Below, piece after piece: positions 1 through 12,951 of a DNA stretch of 64,000 nt (position 1 is its first letter; each line of letters starts with the position of its first letter). The position numbers were made by a program, and so were the translations under genes. The stretch is from Mizuhopecten yessoensis (Eukaryota). The stretch is taken from NCBI RefSeq assembly GCF_002113885.1, contig NW_018404728.1, forward strand, positions 147,539 to 211,538, in the 5' to 3' direction. The notes beneath the pieces were generated by a model that worked only from the letters and a program-made list of their open reading frames with translations, was not told where the DNA came from and did not search any database.

Positions 1-257
1 TAATTTTCCCTTTGGGGCCCCGCCCTGGCCCCAGGGGTTGGGGTAGGAATCCCAATTTTACAATTTTGAAGCCTCATCTACCAAGGATGATTCTGACCAA
101 GTTTGAAAAAAATCCATCCACTGGTTCTTGAGAAGAAGTTGAAAATGTAAAAGTTTACGCACGACGCACGACGGACGACGGACGACGGACGACGGACGAC
201 GACGGACGAAAAGCGATTGGAATAGGTCACTTGAGCAAAGCTCAGGTGACCTAAAAA
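1..257. mobile_element. End of a non-autonomous Helentron/HINE (pearl/CvA-like) element
   Basis: (GACG/GACGGAC)n microsatellite at ~158-208, then terminal hairpin GGTCACTTGAG-caaag-CTCAGGTGACC and an A-run (226-257). This architecture is typical of bivalve HINE elements. Confidence 0.7.
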
Positions 258-780
258 CATAACAACAAGGAAAAGTATAGCAATATAACCAATTCATATC
301 CTGATAATTTCAGAAAATTTTGCTTTTCTGAATCCTGCCCCTATAGCCCAAAGGAAACATATCTAGGTAACAGATAGGTCCCAGTGTTTTCGGCTAGTTT
401 GTTATTGTATTAAAATCAGTGACGACTTTTTTGGATAAATAATAAAATATTTAAACTGTTTATGGCCAGAGTAGTGAATAAAGGCAACAGCAATAGGTCA
501 CATGAGACTTTGTCTCAGATTACCTAACAGTGTCATCTACTTGCAAAGAATTTTTAAGGTTTATTTGAACAAACCATTGACAGATCATTGAATGTTGCTT
601 GGAAGGAGATTCTTTTTTTCCTTCACTGTTCTTTAACAACTACATATACGCCAGAGTACCATTGGGGTCATGCAAACTAACTTGCAATATACTCTTGAAG
701 GGCCTTGTTCCTAAGCTAGATTTTTTTATCCATGTCAAATTGAAGCATGCTCAACAGTGAACACGGGGATCACACATACC

Positions 781-980
781 CAGTATTCTCCCCAGAATGT
801 TTTGAAAGAAGCATGGTATTTCAATATTTCTGTTAAAGCAGCACTCTATGTAAAATCGAAGCAGCATGGCAACTTTAGATTTACTATGAATATATAGCAG
901 AGAAGATCTAGGATAGCAGCATGGCAAGAAATTATAGGAGCACGGTGCCATGCTGCTAAAACAGCCTGGGGAGAACACTG
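781..980. mobile_element. Small MITE (hAT-like CAG...CTG termini)
   Basis: Terminal inverted repeats CAGTATTCTCCCCAG (781) / CTGGGGAGAACACTG (980); internal GCAGCATGGCA motifs in both orientations. Confidence 0.55.
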
Positions 981-1480
981 AATTACCAAATTTTATCATA
1001 ATCTCTTTAATGCTTTCAGAAAAATTGCAACGTAACAACAAGTCCAAAATAACCTAGCATTGTGGCCATTTTTTTGTCTTAATCAGCTGAATTTGAAGTA
1101 GGCACAACTATGGACATGGGGAAACACCTAGCTATACCATCTTTATTTAGATCACTTTATTGTTACCGAGAAATTTCAGTAACAAGCTTGAAACGAAAAT
1201 GCCAGATAGTTACCCTGTGACCAATTTGTTTATCTAATCAATTTCAACTTGGAGCATGTACAGCTATAGACTAAGGGGTTCATGCATATAAGTTTCATTA
1301 ATACCATTCCTTGAATATTATCTGAGAAATAGTGGTAACAAACTTTCCATGCAAACAAAATTCCAGATAGCCTGGTGGCCATGTTGTTTTTGAATTTGCC
1401 AAAATTTAAAGCAGGCACAATTAGAGCTGTGATTTATAAATATGAGAAACTCTGACAGCAACACTGAGGGCTATACTTAC

Positions 1481-2544
1481 TGAGGACTGAGGTTTATGTG
1501 AGAAACACTGGTAGCTACATCTACTCCAGGACTGCTTGTGGCTCTCCCTCGTGGTGAGACCATCCTGAATGGAGAGGTGGCCATGGAATGCTGATTTCGT
1601 TGTTTAGATTTTGGCGGAGTTTTCGTAGACTCCTCTCCAGCGTCCTCGCCTTCAATGTCAAAATCTAATTTTTTGACCCCGTAATTAAACAGACTTCCGT
1701 CATCATCTCCCTGGGGGAGGGGCATTGACACAGGGGGTGGAGGAACGTTTTCTTTGGGGGATATGTTTGGCAAAGGGTTTCCACCCTCGGGGGCTACAGT
1801 TACCCTACCAAGGGGGAATTTGCCGTTTTTTTCAAAGAACTCCATACGATCTTGTTGTAGGTCCTGCTGTTGCTCGATCAAGTTCTGTCTTGTTTTTATT
1901 TGAGTTTCCTGTGACATAAGAACGTTTTTTAATCGTCGTTGCTCATCCAGTAATTTCTCCCGTTGCCGAAGTAACTCGCGCTTCCTGTCCGTCTGAGACA
2001 GCTTCTTGTAATAACTCATATAGGTTTTATCTCCAAACACACCTGATGGATTTGAATTTGGGGAATGCATTTTATCAAAGTCCTCCTCCAATTTCTCTTT
2101 GAACCCTACTTTTGATTTTTGAAATAAGTCTTTATTCTCATTGGCTGGTAAAAATTCGTTAGATATGCGTGATGACCTGGGGCTTGGGTCAGGTTGCAAT
2201 GAATGGAAACTGCCCTCTTCAGAGTTGAACACTTTTATGTCGGCACTTTTCTGTGTACTAGACATGACTGGGTTCCGAAGGGCCAGAGGCACCGGGTTAG
2301 AGTGATGACTCCGAGGTTGAGTTTGGCCTTTAACTGACCCTATCTCAGACTGACCGCCAATGGAGCTGAGTCCATCCTCATCGACCCCTGACCTCTGGTG
2401 AGCTATGGCTTTGTCTATGAAGGTGGTGTACAGCTTGTCATGTAATGATCGTAGGTCGCCATGGCCACCATGGCAATGAGATGTGTAAGGAATGGAAGAT
2501 TCTGGTGACCTTGACCCTGACCTGGGCCGTCTTTCGTGCTGACT
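1481..2544 (-). CDS. KIAA1328: KIAA1328 exon 7 (large, low-complexity/coiled-coil)
   Basis: Acceptor ttttcag|AGTCAG; open frame within ORF 1477..2628; donor CCTCA|gtaagt at 1480. Confidence 0.85.
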
Positions 2545-5500
2545 CTGAAAACATTTGATAAAATCATTAAAAAGTTTTAAAAGGTAGCATATAAAAATAT
2601 TACACATGAATATGTGATAAAAGTACACAATCTCATTTTTTGCAAATTACAAGATTCTTTTTGATAAAGTCTATATTTTACAAATTAGTGATTCATAGTA
2701 AAAACATAATTATTGTACAGACGTTTACTTTTGATATTATCAAATACTCTAAATAAGAAAATGAACTTTGATTTAATTCTCTTTTGCCCTAACTTCGCAG
2801 TCCAGGGAGCTAGACCTCTACTAGCAGTGTGATAGTCCGAAAAACTAAAATCACTTCTGTAGACTTAATCCCTTAGCATTTTTCCATAACTTCCTTCGAT
2901 CAATATTTTAGCTAATTAAGTGAAAAGTGGATGGATCATGTATTCTAACTGTGGCATCAATGCAGACATGTTTCAGTAGTTTTTCAATAGATTTTACAGC
3001 TTGGAATATTGATTTTAATATTGTCTGTGCAGTACTTTCAAAAATTTCAAACATGGAATTTTGAGACACAGCAAGTTTCTGGTTCCTGTCCACCTGGTTT
3101 TGGGGATCCATTTAGTTTGAGAAGTAAATCTAGTTCAATACTTTAATTGTATAATAACTGTTGGACACTTGAATTTTTCAAACATTTACTTACAAATGTT
3201 TATTATTTTTTTTTTCAATCAGACTCATAACCCTGTTTTCACTTATGACATGCTTTAGATTATTGTAGTCATTATATATATATATTTGTATAAATCAATG
3301 ATTGACCCTGCTGCTTTTGAACTCTGACCTTTGTGGGCGTAGTTATTAGGTCGACGACCTCCTGCTGTTTCTGTTCTATCTTTTCCTGATACTTAGCCAA
3401 CAGGTCCTGACACTGAAACAGCTGGCTTTGTATGACTGTAACAGACAGAGTTATGTCCCCTGTATCACTGTACCTCATCAATAACCTGTGGCTAAATATT
3501 GATTGAAAATATTATACAGGTGTCAACCTCTGAAACCTTCAATAAGGAAGATCTCCCTCATTCCACATTTCCAATGAGGGAGAAAGTGTGTGAAATGGGA
3601 CTGAAACTGCTTTGCTCAATTGATCTTATACATCAAAATAACTCCAAAAGGCATTAATTTGATTCAGGCACGCCTGTTATGATCATTACACACACCCTGT
3701 AGTAACTAATTTGACCACAGGATGTAGTTTTTTTTAATTTTGGTCAAAATGAGGGAGTCTCCCTCCTAATGAGGGATGGTTGACAGCTATGATATTAAAA
3801 GTCCTATGAAAGTTGACATTTCCTTATTCCCCATGAAGATGTAGACTATGTTGTTAGTCAGATTTTAGATTAGAGCATTCCAGTAAAACATCTATCCCAC
3901 CCAAGGAATTACAGATGCAATTACAAATACCACCTCACAGAATTTAATTAAAACCTTACATAGAAGTAATAGGCAGGAACCTCAACCCTAGTATAAGGTT
4001 ATCCATTTTTGAGCCCTGAGATCTGAAAGTCATTACTATATGCCACCTCCACCATTAAAGTGTAAGCATACTAATATTCAAACAGCAGTGCAATTAACAG
4101 AGTTAAGGCCCTTTAAATAATGTATTTTGTCTATATAAAATTTCAATCTCCAAAAAAATTTAAAAGATCAAAAGAAACAGAGAAAAAGATTCAGATCACT
4201 GTTAGATTTTTGCTAAATGCTTTCAGTAAAATAAATAAATAAACTTTATTTATTTTACAACAATTATGAAACAGGTTATTTCAACTTGTATTAATCACTC
4301 TTGTTGGCCCGAATGTTAGCGCTCGGGGGTCTTAGTGTGGGAGGAAACCGGAGTACCCTGAGAAAACCCTCATGGTCGGGCAGGTGAACTTTTCACGTCC
4401 GATCGGGGAATCGAACCCCGGCCGCCTTAGTGAAAGGCAAGTGCACTACCCACTGCACCACCCAACCACCCTATCAGTAAAATCATTGATTCTTTTGAAA
4501 CATGAATTGAACAAGTACCTTCTCTTTCATTTAGGATTTTCTCTTGTTGATCCACAAGTTGAAGAACCTGTTTCTCAAATTGATTTCTTTCGGTATGAAG
4601 TTGGCCAACAGCTTTTTCCTTCTCATCACCAACTCTGAAATATTACAAACACACTTCAGTTTAGTACAGAATCCAAATCCTTTGCTAATTTTACAAACAT
4701 GTCACAAATTGAACTTACCCATAACTGAATTCATTTCATAGATGATAGTTGACTTACTTATTATTGAGTTTACTTACTCATTTCATAGATGACTAACTCA
4801 ATTCAGAGTGACCAACTCATTTCATAGTTGACTTACTCAATTCAGAGTGACCAACTCATTTCAAAGTTGACTTACTCAATTCAGAGTGACAAACTCATTT
4901 TATAGATGACTTACTCAGTTAATAGCATCCTACATCCAATCAATCAATCAACCAACCTTGCTAACTCTTTGATGAGATTTGCAATCCTCTTCTTTTCCTC
5001 CAGTGGTAGGTCCTTCAGGGATACAGGTTTCTGTCTGTTGTCATGGTTACCAGACCTCATTCTTTGTGTGTCCTTAACACTCACTCCCTGAGTGGCCTTG
5101 ACCCCTGCTGTAGTTCTAACATGGGATGGTTTTTGTTTCTTGCTTACAGTTTCATCAAAGCTGATGTCCTGAAAATAAGAGGTGGTTTTATTTGTTAAGG
5201 AATAATTTCATTATTATACAGTGTTATTTTTGCCTAGTTTTAAAGCTAAAAATTGTCTGCTTTCCCTAAAATGGAGACTCCTCTAATTTCAATTAAAACA
5301 ATGCTATATTTTGTTGATTTGTGTAAGAAACAGGCTGTTGTAAAAACTTAGGAAGGAAAATCACTTTTATACAGTTAAGCATTGTTATTGTGATTTCATG
5401 GAAATCTCTTATTTACAGCAACAAGAATTTATTGACAAACTTGGACCAGAATCTATAATTTACTGTGACAAGAATTAGCGACCTGCTGTGACAAGAATTA

Positions 5501-8500
5501 GCAACCTACTGTGATAAGAATATTTGACTTACTGTGACAAGAATTTGCGACTTACTTTCACAATTTGTTAACTGTGACAGGAATTTATGACTTACATATA
5601 CTTTGACAGGTGATTGTTTGCTAACTGCAAAGTAAATATGTGCTTTACTATCATATGACATCAAAATATCAACTGTGACAGAAATATGTGGGTTACTCTG
5701 ACAGGAACATGTTTACTTTATGTGAGGTGAATATATGTGCCTAATCAAGTCAGTGATAACAAGCTCTTCTTTGGAGGAATATGTGGTTACATACTGTGAC
5801 AGGGATGTGGTTACATACTGTAACAGGATGTTTTTAGTGACTGTGACTGCAGGGATTTGGTTACATACTGTGACAGGGATGTGGTTACATACTGTGACAG
5901 GGATGTGGCTACTTACTGTGACAGGGATGTGGTTACTGACTGGGACAGGGATATGGTTACTGACTGTGACAGGGATGTGGTTACTCACTGTTACAGGGAT
6001 TTGGTTACTTACTGTGACAGGGATGTGGTTACATACTGTGACAGGGATGTGGTCACTTACTGTGACAGGGATGTGGTTACTGACTGGGACAGGGATATGG
6101 TTACTGACTGTGACAGGGATTTGGTTACAGACTGTGACAGGGATGTGGTTACTGACTGTGACAGGGAGGTGGTTACTGACTGTGACAGGGATGTGGTTAC
6201 TCACTGTTACAGGGATTTGGTTACTTACTGTGACAGGGATGTGGTTACTCACTGTGACAGGGATGTGGTTACTGACTGTGACAGGGAGGTGGTTACTGAC
6301 TGTGACAGGGATGTGGTTACATACTGTGACAGGGATTTGGTTACTTACTGTGACAGGGATGTGGTTACATACTGTGACAGGGATGTGGTCACTTACTGTG
6401 ACAGGGATGTGGTTACTGACTGCGACAGGGATTTGGTAACATACTGTGACAGGATGTTTTTAGTGACTGTGACTGCAGGTATTTGGTTACATACTGTGAC
6501 AGGGATGTGGTTACATACTGTAACAGGATGTTTTAAGTGACTGTGACTGCAGGGATTTGGTTACATACTGTGACAGGGATGTTTTTAGTGACTGTGACAG
6601 GGATTTGGTTACTTACTGTGACAGGGATTTGGTTACTGACTGTGACAGGGATGTGGTTACATACTGTGACAGGGATGTGGTTACTTTGGTAACATACTGT
6701 AACAGGATGTTTTTATTGACTGTGACTGCAGGGATGTGGTTACTTACTGTGACAGGGATTCAGTTACATACTGTGACAGGGATGTGGTTACTTTGGTAAC
6801 ATACTGTAACAGGATGTTTTTATTGACTGTGACTGCAGGGATGTGGTTACTTACTGTGACAGGGATATGGTTACTTACTGTGACAGGGATGTGGTTACTC
6901 ACTGTGACAGGGATGTGGTTACTGACTGTGACAGCGATGTGGTTACTGACTGTGACAGGGATGCGGTTACTTAGAGTGACAGGGATACTGTTACTTACCG
7001 TGACAGGGATGTGGTCACTGACTGTGACAGTGATTTGGTAACATACTGTAACAGGATGTTTTTATTGACTGTGACTGCAGGGATGTGGTTACTTACTGTG
7101 ACAGCAAAGTGGTTACTGACTGTGCGATGTGGTTACTGACTGTGACAGGGATGTGGTCACTGACTGTGACAGGGATTTGGTTACATACTGTGACAGCGAT
7201 GTGGTTACTGACTGTGACAGGGATGTGGTTACTTAGAGTGACAGGGATACTGTTACTTACTGTGACAGGGATGTGGTCACTGACTGTGACAGGGATTTGG
7301 TTACTTACTGTGACAGGGATGTGGTCACTGACTGTGACAGGGATTTGGTAACATACTGTAACAGGATGTTTTTAGTGACTGTGACTGCAGGGATGTGGTT
7401 ACTTACTGTGACAGGGATGTGGTTACTGACAGTGACAGGAATGTGGTTACTGACTGTGACAGGGATGTGGTTCCTGACTGTGCCAGGGATGTGGTTACTG
7501 ACTGTGACAGGGATATGGTTACTGACTGTGACAGGGGTGTGGTTACTGACTGTGACAGGAATGTGGTTACTGACTGTGACAGGGATGTGGTCACTGACTG
7601 TGACAGGTATTTGGTTACATACTGTGACAGGGATGTTTTTAGTGACTGTGACAGGGATTTGGTTACTTACTGTGACAGGGATACGGTTACTTACTGTGAC
7701 AGGGATGTGGTTACTGACTGTGACAGGAATGTGGTTACTGACTGTGACAGGGATGTGGTTACTTAGAGTGACAGGGATACGGTTACTTACTTTGACAGGG
7801 ATGTGGTCACTGACTGTGACAGGGATTTGGTTACATACTGTGACAGGGATGTTTTTAGTGACTGTGACAGGGATTTGGTTACTTACTGTGACAGGGATTT
7901 GATTACTTGCTGTGACAGGGATGTGGTTACTTATTGTGACAGGGATGTGGTTACTTACTGTGACAGGGATTTGGTTACTTACTGTGACAGGGATGTGGTT
8001 ACTTACTGTGACAGGGATGTGGTTACTGACTGTGACAGGGATGTGGTTACTGACTGTGACAGGGATGTGGTTACTTACTGTGACAGGGATGTGGTTACTT
8101 ACTGTGACAGGGATGTGGTTACTTACTGTGACAGGGATGTGGTTACATACTGTGACAAGGATGTGGTTACATACTGTGACAGCGATGTGGTTACTGACTG
8201 TGACAGGAATGTGGTTACTGACTGCGACAGGGATTTGGTTACTGACTGGGACAGGGATTTGGTTACTGACTGTGACAGCAATGTGGTTACTGACTGTGAC
8301 AGTGAGTTGGTTACTGACTGTGACAGGGGTGTGGTTACTGACTGTGACAGTGAGTTGGTTACTGACTGTGACAGGGACGTGGTTACTTACTGTGACAGGC
8401 ATGTGGTTACTTACTGTGACAGGGCTGTGGTTACTGACTGTGACAGGGATGGGGATACTTACTGTGACAGGGATGGGGTTACTTACTGTGACATGGATGT

Positions 8501-11500
8501 GGTTGTTTACTGTGACAGGGATTCGGGTACATACTGTGACAGGGATTTGGGTACTAACTGTGACAGGGATGTGGGTACTTACTGTGACAGGGTTGTGGTT
8601 ATTTACTGTGACAGGTATTCGGTTACATACTGTGACAGGGGTTTGGTTACTGACTGGGACAGGGATTTGGTTACTGACTGTGCCAGGGATTTGGTTACTT
8701 ACTGTGACAGGGATGTGGTTACTGACTGTGACAGGGATGTGGTTACTTACTGTGACATGGATGTGGTTATTTACTGTGACAGGGATTCGGTTACATACTG
8801 TGACAGGGATTTGGTTACTAACTGTGACAGGGATGTGGTTACTTACTGTGACAGGGATTCGGTTACATTCTGTGACAGGATGTTGTTAGTGACTGTGATT
8901 GCAGTGATTTGGTTAATGACTGTGACAGCAATGTGGTTACTGACTGTGACAGGGATTTGGTTACTGACTGTGACAGGGATGTGGTTACTTACTATGACAG
9001 GAATGTGGTTACTGACTGTGACAGGGATGTGGTTACATTCTGTGACAGGATGTTTTTAGTGACTGTGATTGCAGTGATTTGGTTACTGACTGTGACAGCA
9101 ATGTGGTTACTGACTGTGACAGGGATGTGGTTACTTACTGTGACAGGGATGTGGTTACTTACTTTGACAGGGATGTGGTTACATACTGTGACAGCGATGT
9201 GGTTACTTACTATGACAGGAATGTGGTTACTGACTGTGACAGGGATGTGGTTACTTACTGTGACAGGGATTTGGTTACTTACTGTGACAGGGATACGGTT
9301 ACTTACTGTGACAGGGATGTGGTTACATACTGTGACAGGGATGTGGTTACTTACTGTGACAGGGATGTGGTTACTTACTGTGACAGGGATGTGGTTACTG
9401 ACTGTGACAGGGATGTGGTTACTGACTGTGACAGGATGTTTTAGTGACTGTGACTGCAGGGATTTGGTTACATATTGTGACAGGGATTTGGTTACATACT
9501 GTGACAGGGATGTGGTTACATACTGTGACAGGGATGTGGTTACTTACTGTGACAGGGACGAGGTTACTGACTGTGACAGGGATGTGGTTACTTACTGTGA
9601 CAGGGATTTGGTTACTTACTGTGACAGGGATGTGGTTACTTACTGTGACAGGATGTTTTTAGTGACTGTGACTGCAGGGATTTGGTTACATATTGTGACA
9701 GGGATGTGGTTACATTCTGTGACAGGATGTTTTTAGTGACTGTGACTGCAGGGATTTGGTTACTGACTGTGACAGCAATTTGTGGTTACATATTGTGACA
9801 GGGATGTAGTTACATAATGTGACAGGGATGTGGTTACTTACTGTGACAGTATCAAGGGACACAGCAAGCTGTTCTACGAGTGGTTGTTTAACAGGAATCC
9901 GTACTTTTATCTCTGGAGTTTTCCTCCCCAGCATTTTCAATGGACGCCTGTTCCCTGGTGCTGACACTCCTACACATAAATGTAGTAAGAAATGCTATAT
10001 ATATATGACAGATGTAAGTCAAACTTCCATAAATCAAACTTCAAAGACTCAAATTTCTTGATACGTCGAAGTTACAGCAAAGTCTGGATCACATAATACT
10101 AATGATGTCTTTATTCATAAATCAAACTTCTATGAGACAAGCTTTTCACTGTTTTGAACTACAATCAAGGTCATTTCATTAAGAAAACATTGAAATTTAC
10201 CACTAATAAATATATAATAATAATAATAAAATATTAAATTAAATATAGAATCTATCAATGATTCTCAATAAAAAGAACCATATATTATACTATAATAAAT
10301 CAAAGTAATACAACATGTACCTGTACGAGAATATTGAAATGTCTCAGGGTAATTTGAACATCTAAACATGCAAACTATAGTGTATAAATACATGAAACAT
10401 ATCTTTTTTACATTAAATCAAATAAAGCTAGCTTGCCTGACTAAAATACATTAATTTGTGGATCAAGATTTCACTTGTGGCACACTTACCAGACAATATA
10501 TGTGCCACTCTTAGATTTTGAACGTCTTGAATTGTGTCACACTTAATAGAAAGATAAGTTATTTGAAAGATTTGATCATCTACAATATCTATTTGATTGT
10601 GCTTTGAATATTTGTGTTTTGAACATTTCTCAAACATCACAAAAGATATATCATTAGCATGTACATGTGTCATTGATTATAATCAGGAGACTCTCAACAG
10701 TGTTGAAGTGGGTATTTATATAGTTCTGTCAAACCCTTTCCTTTTTTACTCAGAAATTGAAAAGAATTTTACTACATCTGATATTGATTTCCCTACTCCT
10801 AATCCAAAACGAATGCATGAGATGACCGTGTTTTTAGATGGATAGGCAGAAAAGTTACAACAACGTATAATACAGTAACTTTATAATCAAGGTTAGACAC
10901 TAACTGTTTTTGCTTGGTAGTCCACATACAGGACTAGTTGAAAAGATTGTTTACTAGTCCTTTGTCAATGTAACTAGTCCCAGATTTCCTGATAGGAAAC
11001 ATCGCGATCTACAGCACGAAACATCATAAGTAGTGGACAGTCCCCGGGACTTGAAATAACCACTGCCATAAAAATATGGTCAAGATTTAGGAAAATTTTG
11101 ACAATCATCAAGCAATATATCTTATTTTAAGCAGTTTTCTAAATTTTAGAATGGAGTATTCTTATTTTTAATCCTATTGTTCACGAGTCAAAGGATCAGT
11201 TAGGTAAGGTGATTCACTAGTCCTTGCTGAAATCTACTAGTCCAGGCCTAGTGGACTAGTGTCAGTGTCGACCCCTGATGATAAGATTCTAAACAATTAA
11301 ACACTACAGATTTTTCAAAATGAATAGAAAGACTTACTCATTGACAGGTTGAGGGGGATGGGGGAGATGTGAAGGAAAGGGAGATAACCAATTAATGTTA
11401 CTGACCTGGGACAAAAGCTGACTCTGATTCTTCACTGGAGTCCAGAGCTGAAACAAAAATAAAGTGATATTTAATATGTTCAACGCCATGTGTACGTTTG

Positions 11501-12951
11501 ACCCTTAATTACACTATATTTGAGGGGGATCATATACAGCTAGACCAAACACAAAATTACCAGTATGTTCTCACAGGGGTTTTGCCACATATTTTGTGAC
11601 AGAGACCATGTCCTAAAATTTCAAAATAGTTGTCACCATTTTGCTTAAAAATTAGAAAATATTATAGGTTATTTTTTTGCAAATAACGGAAATACTGCCT
11701 TATCCCTGACTTACATGTATACAATGTGTCAATAAACACACAGGCAGCCAACAAAAGCTTTAGCTCTGGACATGGATTATTTTTTTCAATATTAGTGAAA
11801 ATCATTGACAGATTGGGAAATCGGGGAAATAGACTCTCACACATCTATGACCAGGTATTAAACAAAACAAAGCCAAATCAATTTGTCAGTTCAAGTCATC
11901 ATTTTATATGGATAATAACTAAGTGTATAATGCCCATCAAAGTAGATTTTATATTGCCAACTTGTACATATTTTACACCTTTGTGTTAAAAAAATTCATT
12001 GGTCATTTGATGAACATGACAGAGTATATACTGTACTAGTCGTCGCAACATTACAGATAAACACTCTTAAAACACGATGGGATATAATTACATGAGCCTT
12101 TCTACCGGGGAAGAGGTGATTTGATTGAGCTGTTGGTAGACTGGCTAAACATTCTCCCTGCTCGCCCTAAATTTTTCTTGTTATTGTGCAGATTTTCTAC
12201 TAGCCTGGCTTAAAATCTCAAGTTGGGTTAAAGTGTACTCTGAACGAAAATATTACTGAATATACTAATTATTATTCTATATGATCCAAAAACAAAAAAG
12301 GTCCAAAAACCGCATAAAATTATTGGTCAGCCCAATGCCATGGAAGGAACAGGCAAGAGTGAGAACAGCCATACAAAAGTCCATATTATATATAATGACG
12401 GTAAATTTCTTGGACTGAAGTTGCATGAGAAAAATTACAAGATGTTCATGGACCGGATGTCATTTCCCCCAAAGAAGAGCTTGTTATCACTGACTTGATT
12501 AGTTTTGCAGCACTTACACTTAATACAACGACTCCCTCCCAATATCTGCTTTAGTCACTTAAAGAAGCCCCTTGTCGGAGTGACGTGTGTTCACATCTAG
12601 AAAGTTCAAACCTTCACATTTTTAAAGTTTTAAAGTACAGACACCCAGTAACCCAGTGGAGAAACATTTTTTATTTGAAGAAACAAAGTTCGTACCTTTA
12701 GCCTCAATATACATTAAATGACTATCGGTATCATACACTCTTTTGAAGTCAAAAGTGTTCTTTAAACATGTCCGAACAGAGCCGACAATACAAAATACGG
12801 GGGAAAAAGTAAAGTCATTCAAATCTTGTCCGTTCTTATCTCCAGTGGGAAAGGAATCCTTCGTTCAGGAACATACTTTATATGTTGATGTCCTAAACTC
12901 ACCGTATTTAGACCAGTATGCCCGTCTCCCAGGCATAACAACTTCTGCCAT
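1481..12951 (-). CDS. KIAA1328: KIAA1328/hinderin orthologue, spliced gene, 3'-incomplete. Exons 12903-12951, 11406-11447, 9842-9969, 4957-5168, 4519-4634, 3329-3435, 1481-2544.
   Basis: Spliced translation MAEVVMPGRRAYWSKYALDSSEESESAFVPGVS...[81 protein letters not shown]. This matches the hinderin motifs I recall (FWSRD...[30 protein letters not shown]...ECQELLSLYQKYL). All introns are GT-AG with consistent phases (1,1,0,2,1,0). Confidence 0.9.
3329..3435 (-). CDS. KIAA1328: KIAA1328 exon 6
   Basis: Acceptor ttacag|TCATA; [35 protein letters not shown]; donor AAG|gtcaga gives the phase 0 needed by exon 7. Confidence 0.8.
3515..3791. mobile_element. MITE / non-autonomous DNA transposon
   Basis: Imperfect TIRs TACAGGTGTCAACC / GGTTGACAGCTATG, both flanked by ATATTA; subterminal TCTCCCTC/GAGGGAG motifs. 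Confidence 0.5.
4230..4472 (-). mobile_element. tRNA-derived SINE (V/Meta-type central domain)
   Basis: On the minus strand: tRNA-like head with B box GGTTCGATTCCC, core GGTTTTCTCAGGGTACTCCGGTTTCCTCCCAC, and AATAAA-(TTTA)n tail. Homologous to 46991-47210. Confidence 0.8.
4519..4634 (-). CDS. KIAA1328: KIAA1328 exon 5
   Basis: Acceptor tttcag|[44 protein letters not shown]; donor GAAG|gtactt. Confidence 0.88.
4745..4920. repeat. ~39-bp tandem repeat, ~4 copies, in KIAA1328 intron 4
   Basis: Unit GACTTACTCAATTCAGAGTGACCAACTCATTTCATAGTT. Confidence 0.8.
4957..5168 (-). CDS. KIAA1328: KIAA1328 exon 4
   Basis: Acceptor ttttcag|GACATC; ends ...[22 protein letters not shown]; donor CAAG|gttggt. 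Confidence 0.9.
5780..9849. repeat. 24-bp minisatellite (~165 units, degenerate tail to ~5460) filling KIAA1328 intron 3
   Basis: Unit ACTGTGACAGGGATGTGGTTACT(T/G); on the minus strand CCCTGTCACA-GTAAGT-AACCACAT. Interspersed variant units include GGATGTTTTTAGTGACTGTGACTGCAG. Confidence 0.97.
9842..9969 (-). CDS. KIAA1328: KIAA1328 exon 3
   Basis: Acceptor gtgtag|GAGTG; GVSAPGNRRPLKMLGRKTPEIKVRIPVKQPLVEQLAVSLDTVT; donor CACA|gtaagt is the first unit of the 24-bp array. Confidence 0.8.
10888..11277. mobile_element. hAT-like MITE
   Basis: Imperfect 17-bp TIRs CAAGGTTAGACACTAAC / GTCAGTGTCGACCCCTG; repeated subterminal ACTAGTCC/GGACTAGT motifs at both ends. Confidence 0.6.
11406..11447 (-). 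CDS. KIAA1328: KIAA1328 exon 2 (42 nt)
   Basis: Acceptor tttcag|CTCTGG; LDSSEESESAFVP; donor CCAG|gtcagt. Confidence 0.8.
12903..12951 (-). CDS. KIAA1328: KIAA1328 first coding exon
   Basis: aaATGG start context; MAEVVMPGRRAYWSKY; donor TACG|gtgagt. Confidence 0.8.

Noticed and set aside
2545-2628. N-terminus of ORF 1477..2628 (MYFYHIFMCN...)
   Set aside because: Intronic AT-rich and polypyrimidine read-through upstream of the exon 7 acceptor.
5713-9736. Many long ORFs (VTVSNHIP / LTVTGMWL / YCDRDVVT repeats)
   Set aside because: Artefacts of a stop-poor 24-bp unit. They are open in several frames on both strands, frequently frameshifted, and lie inside a KIAA1328 intron.
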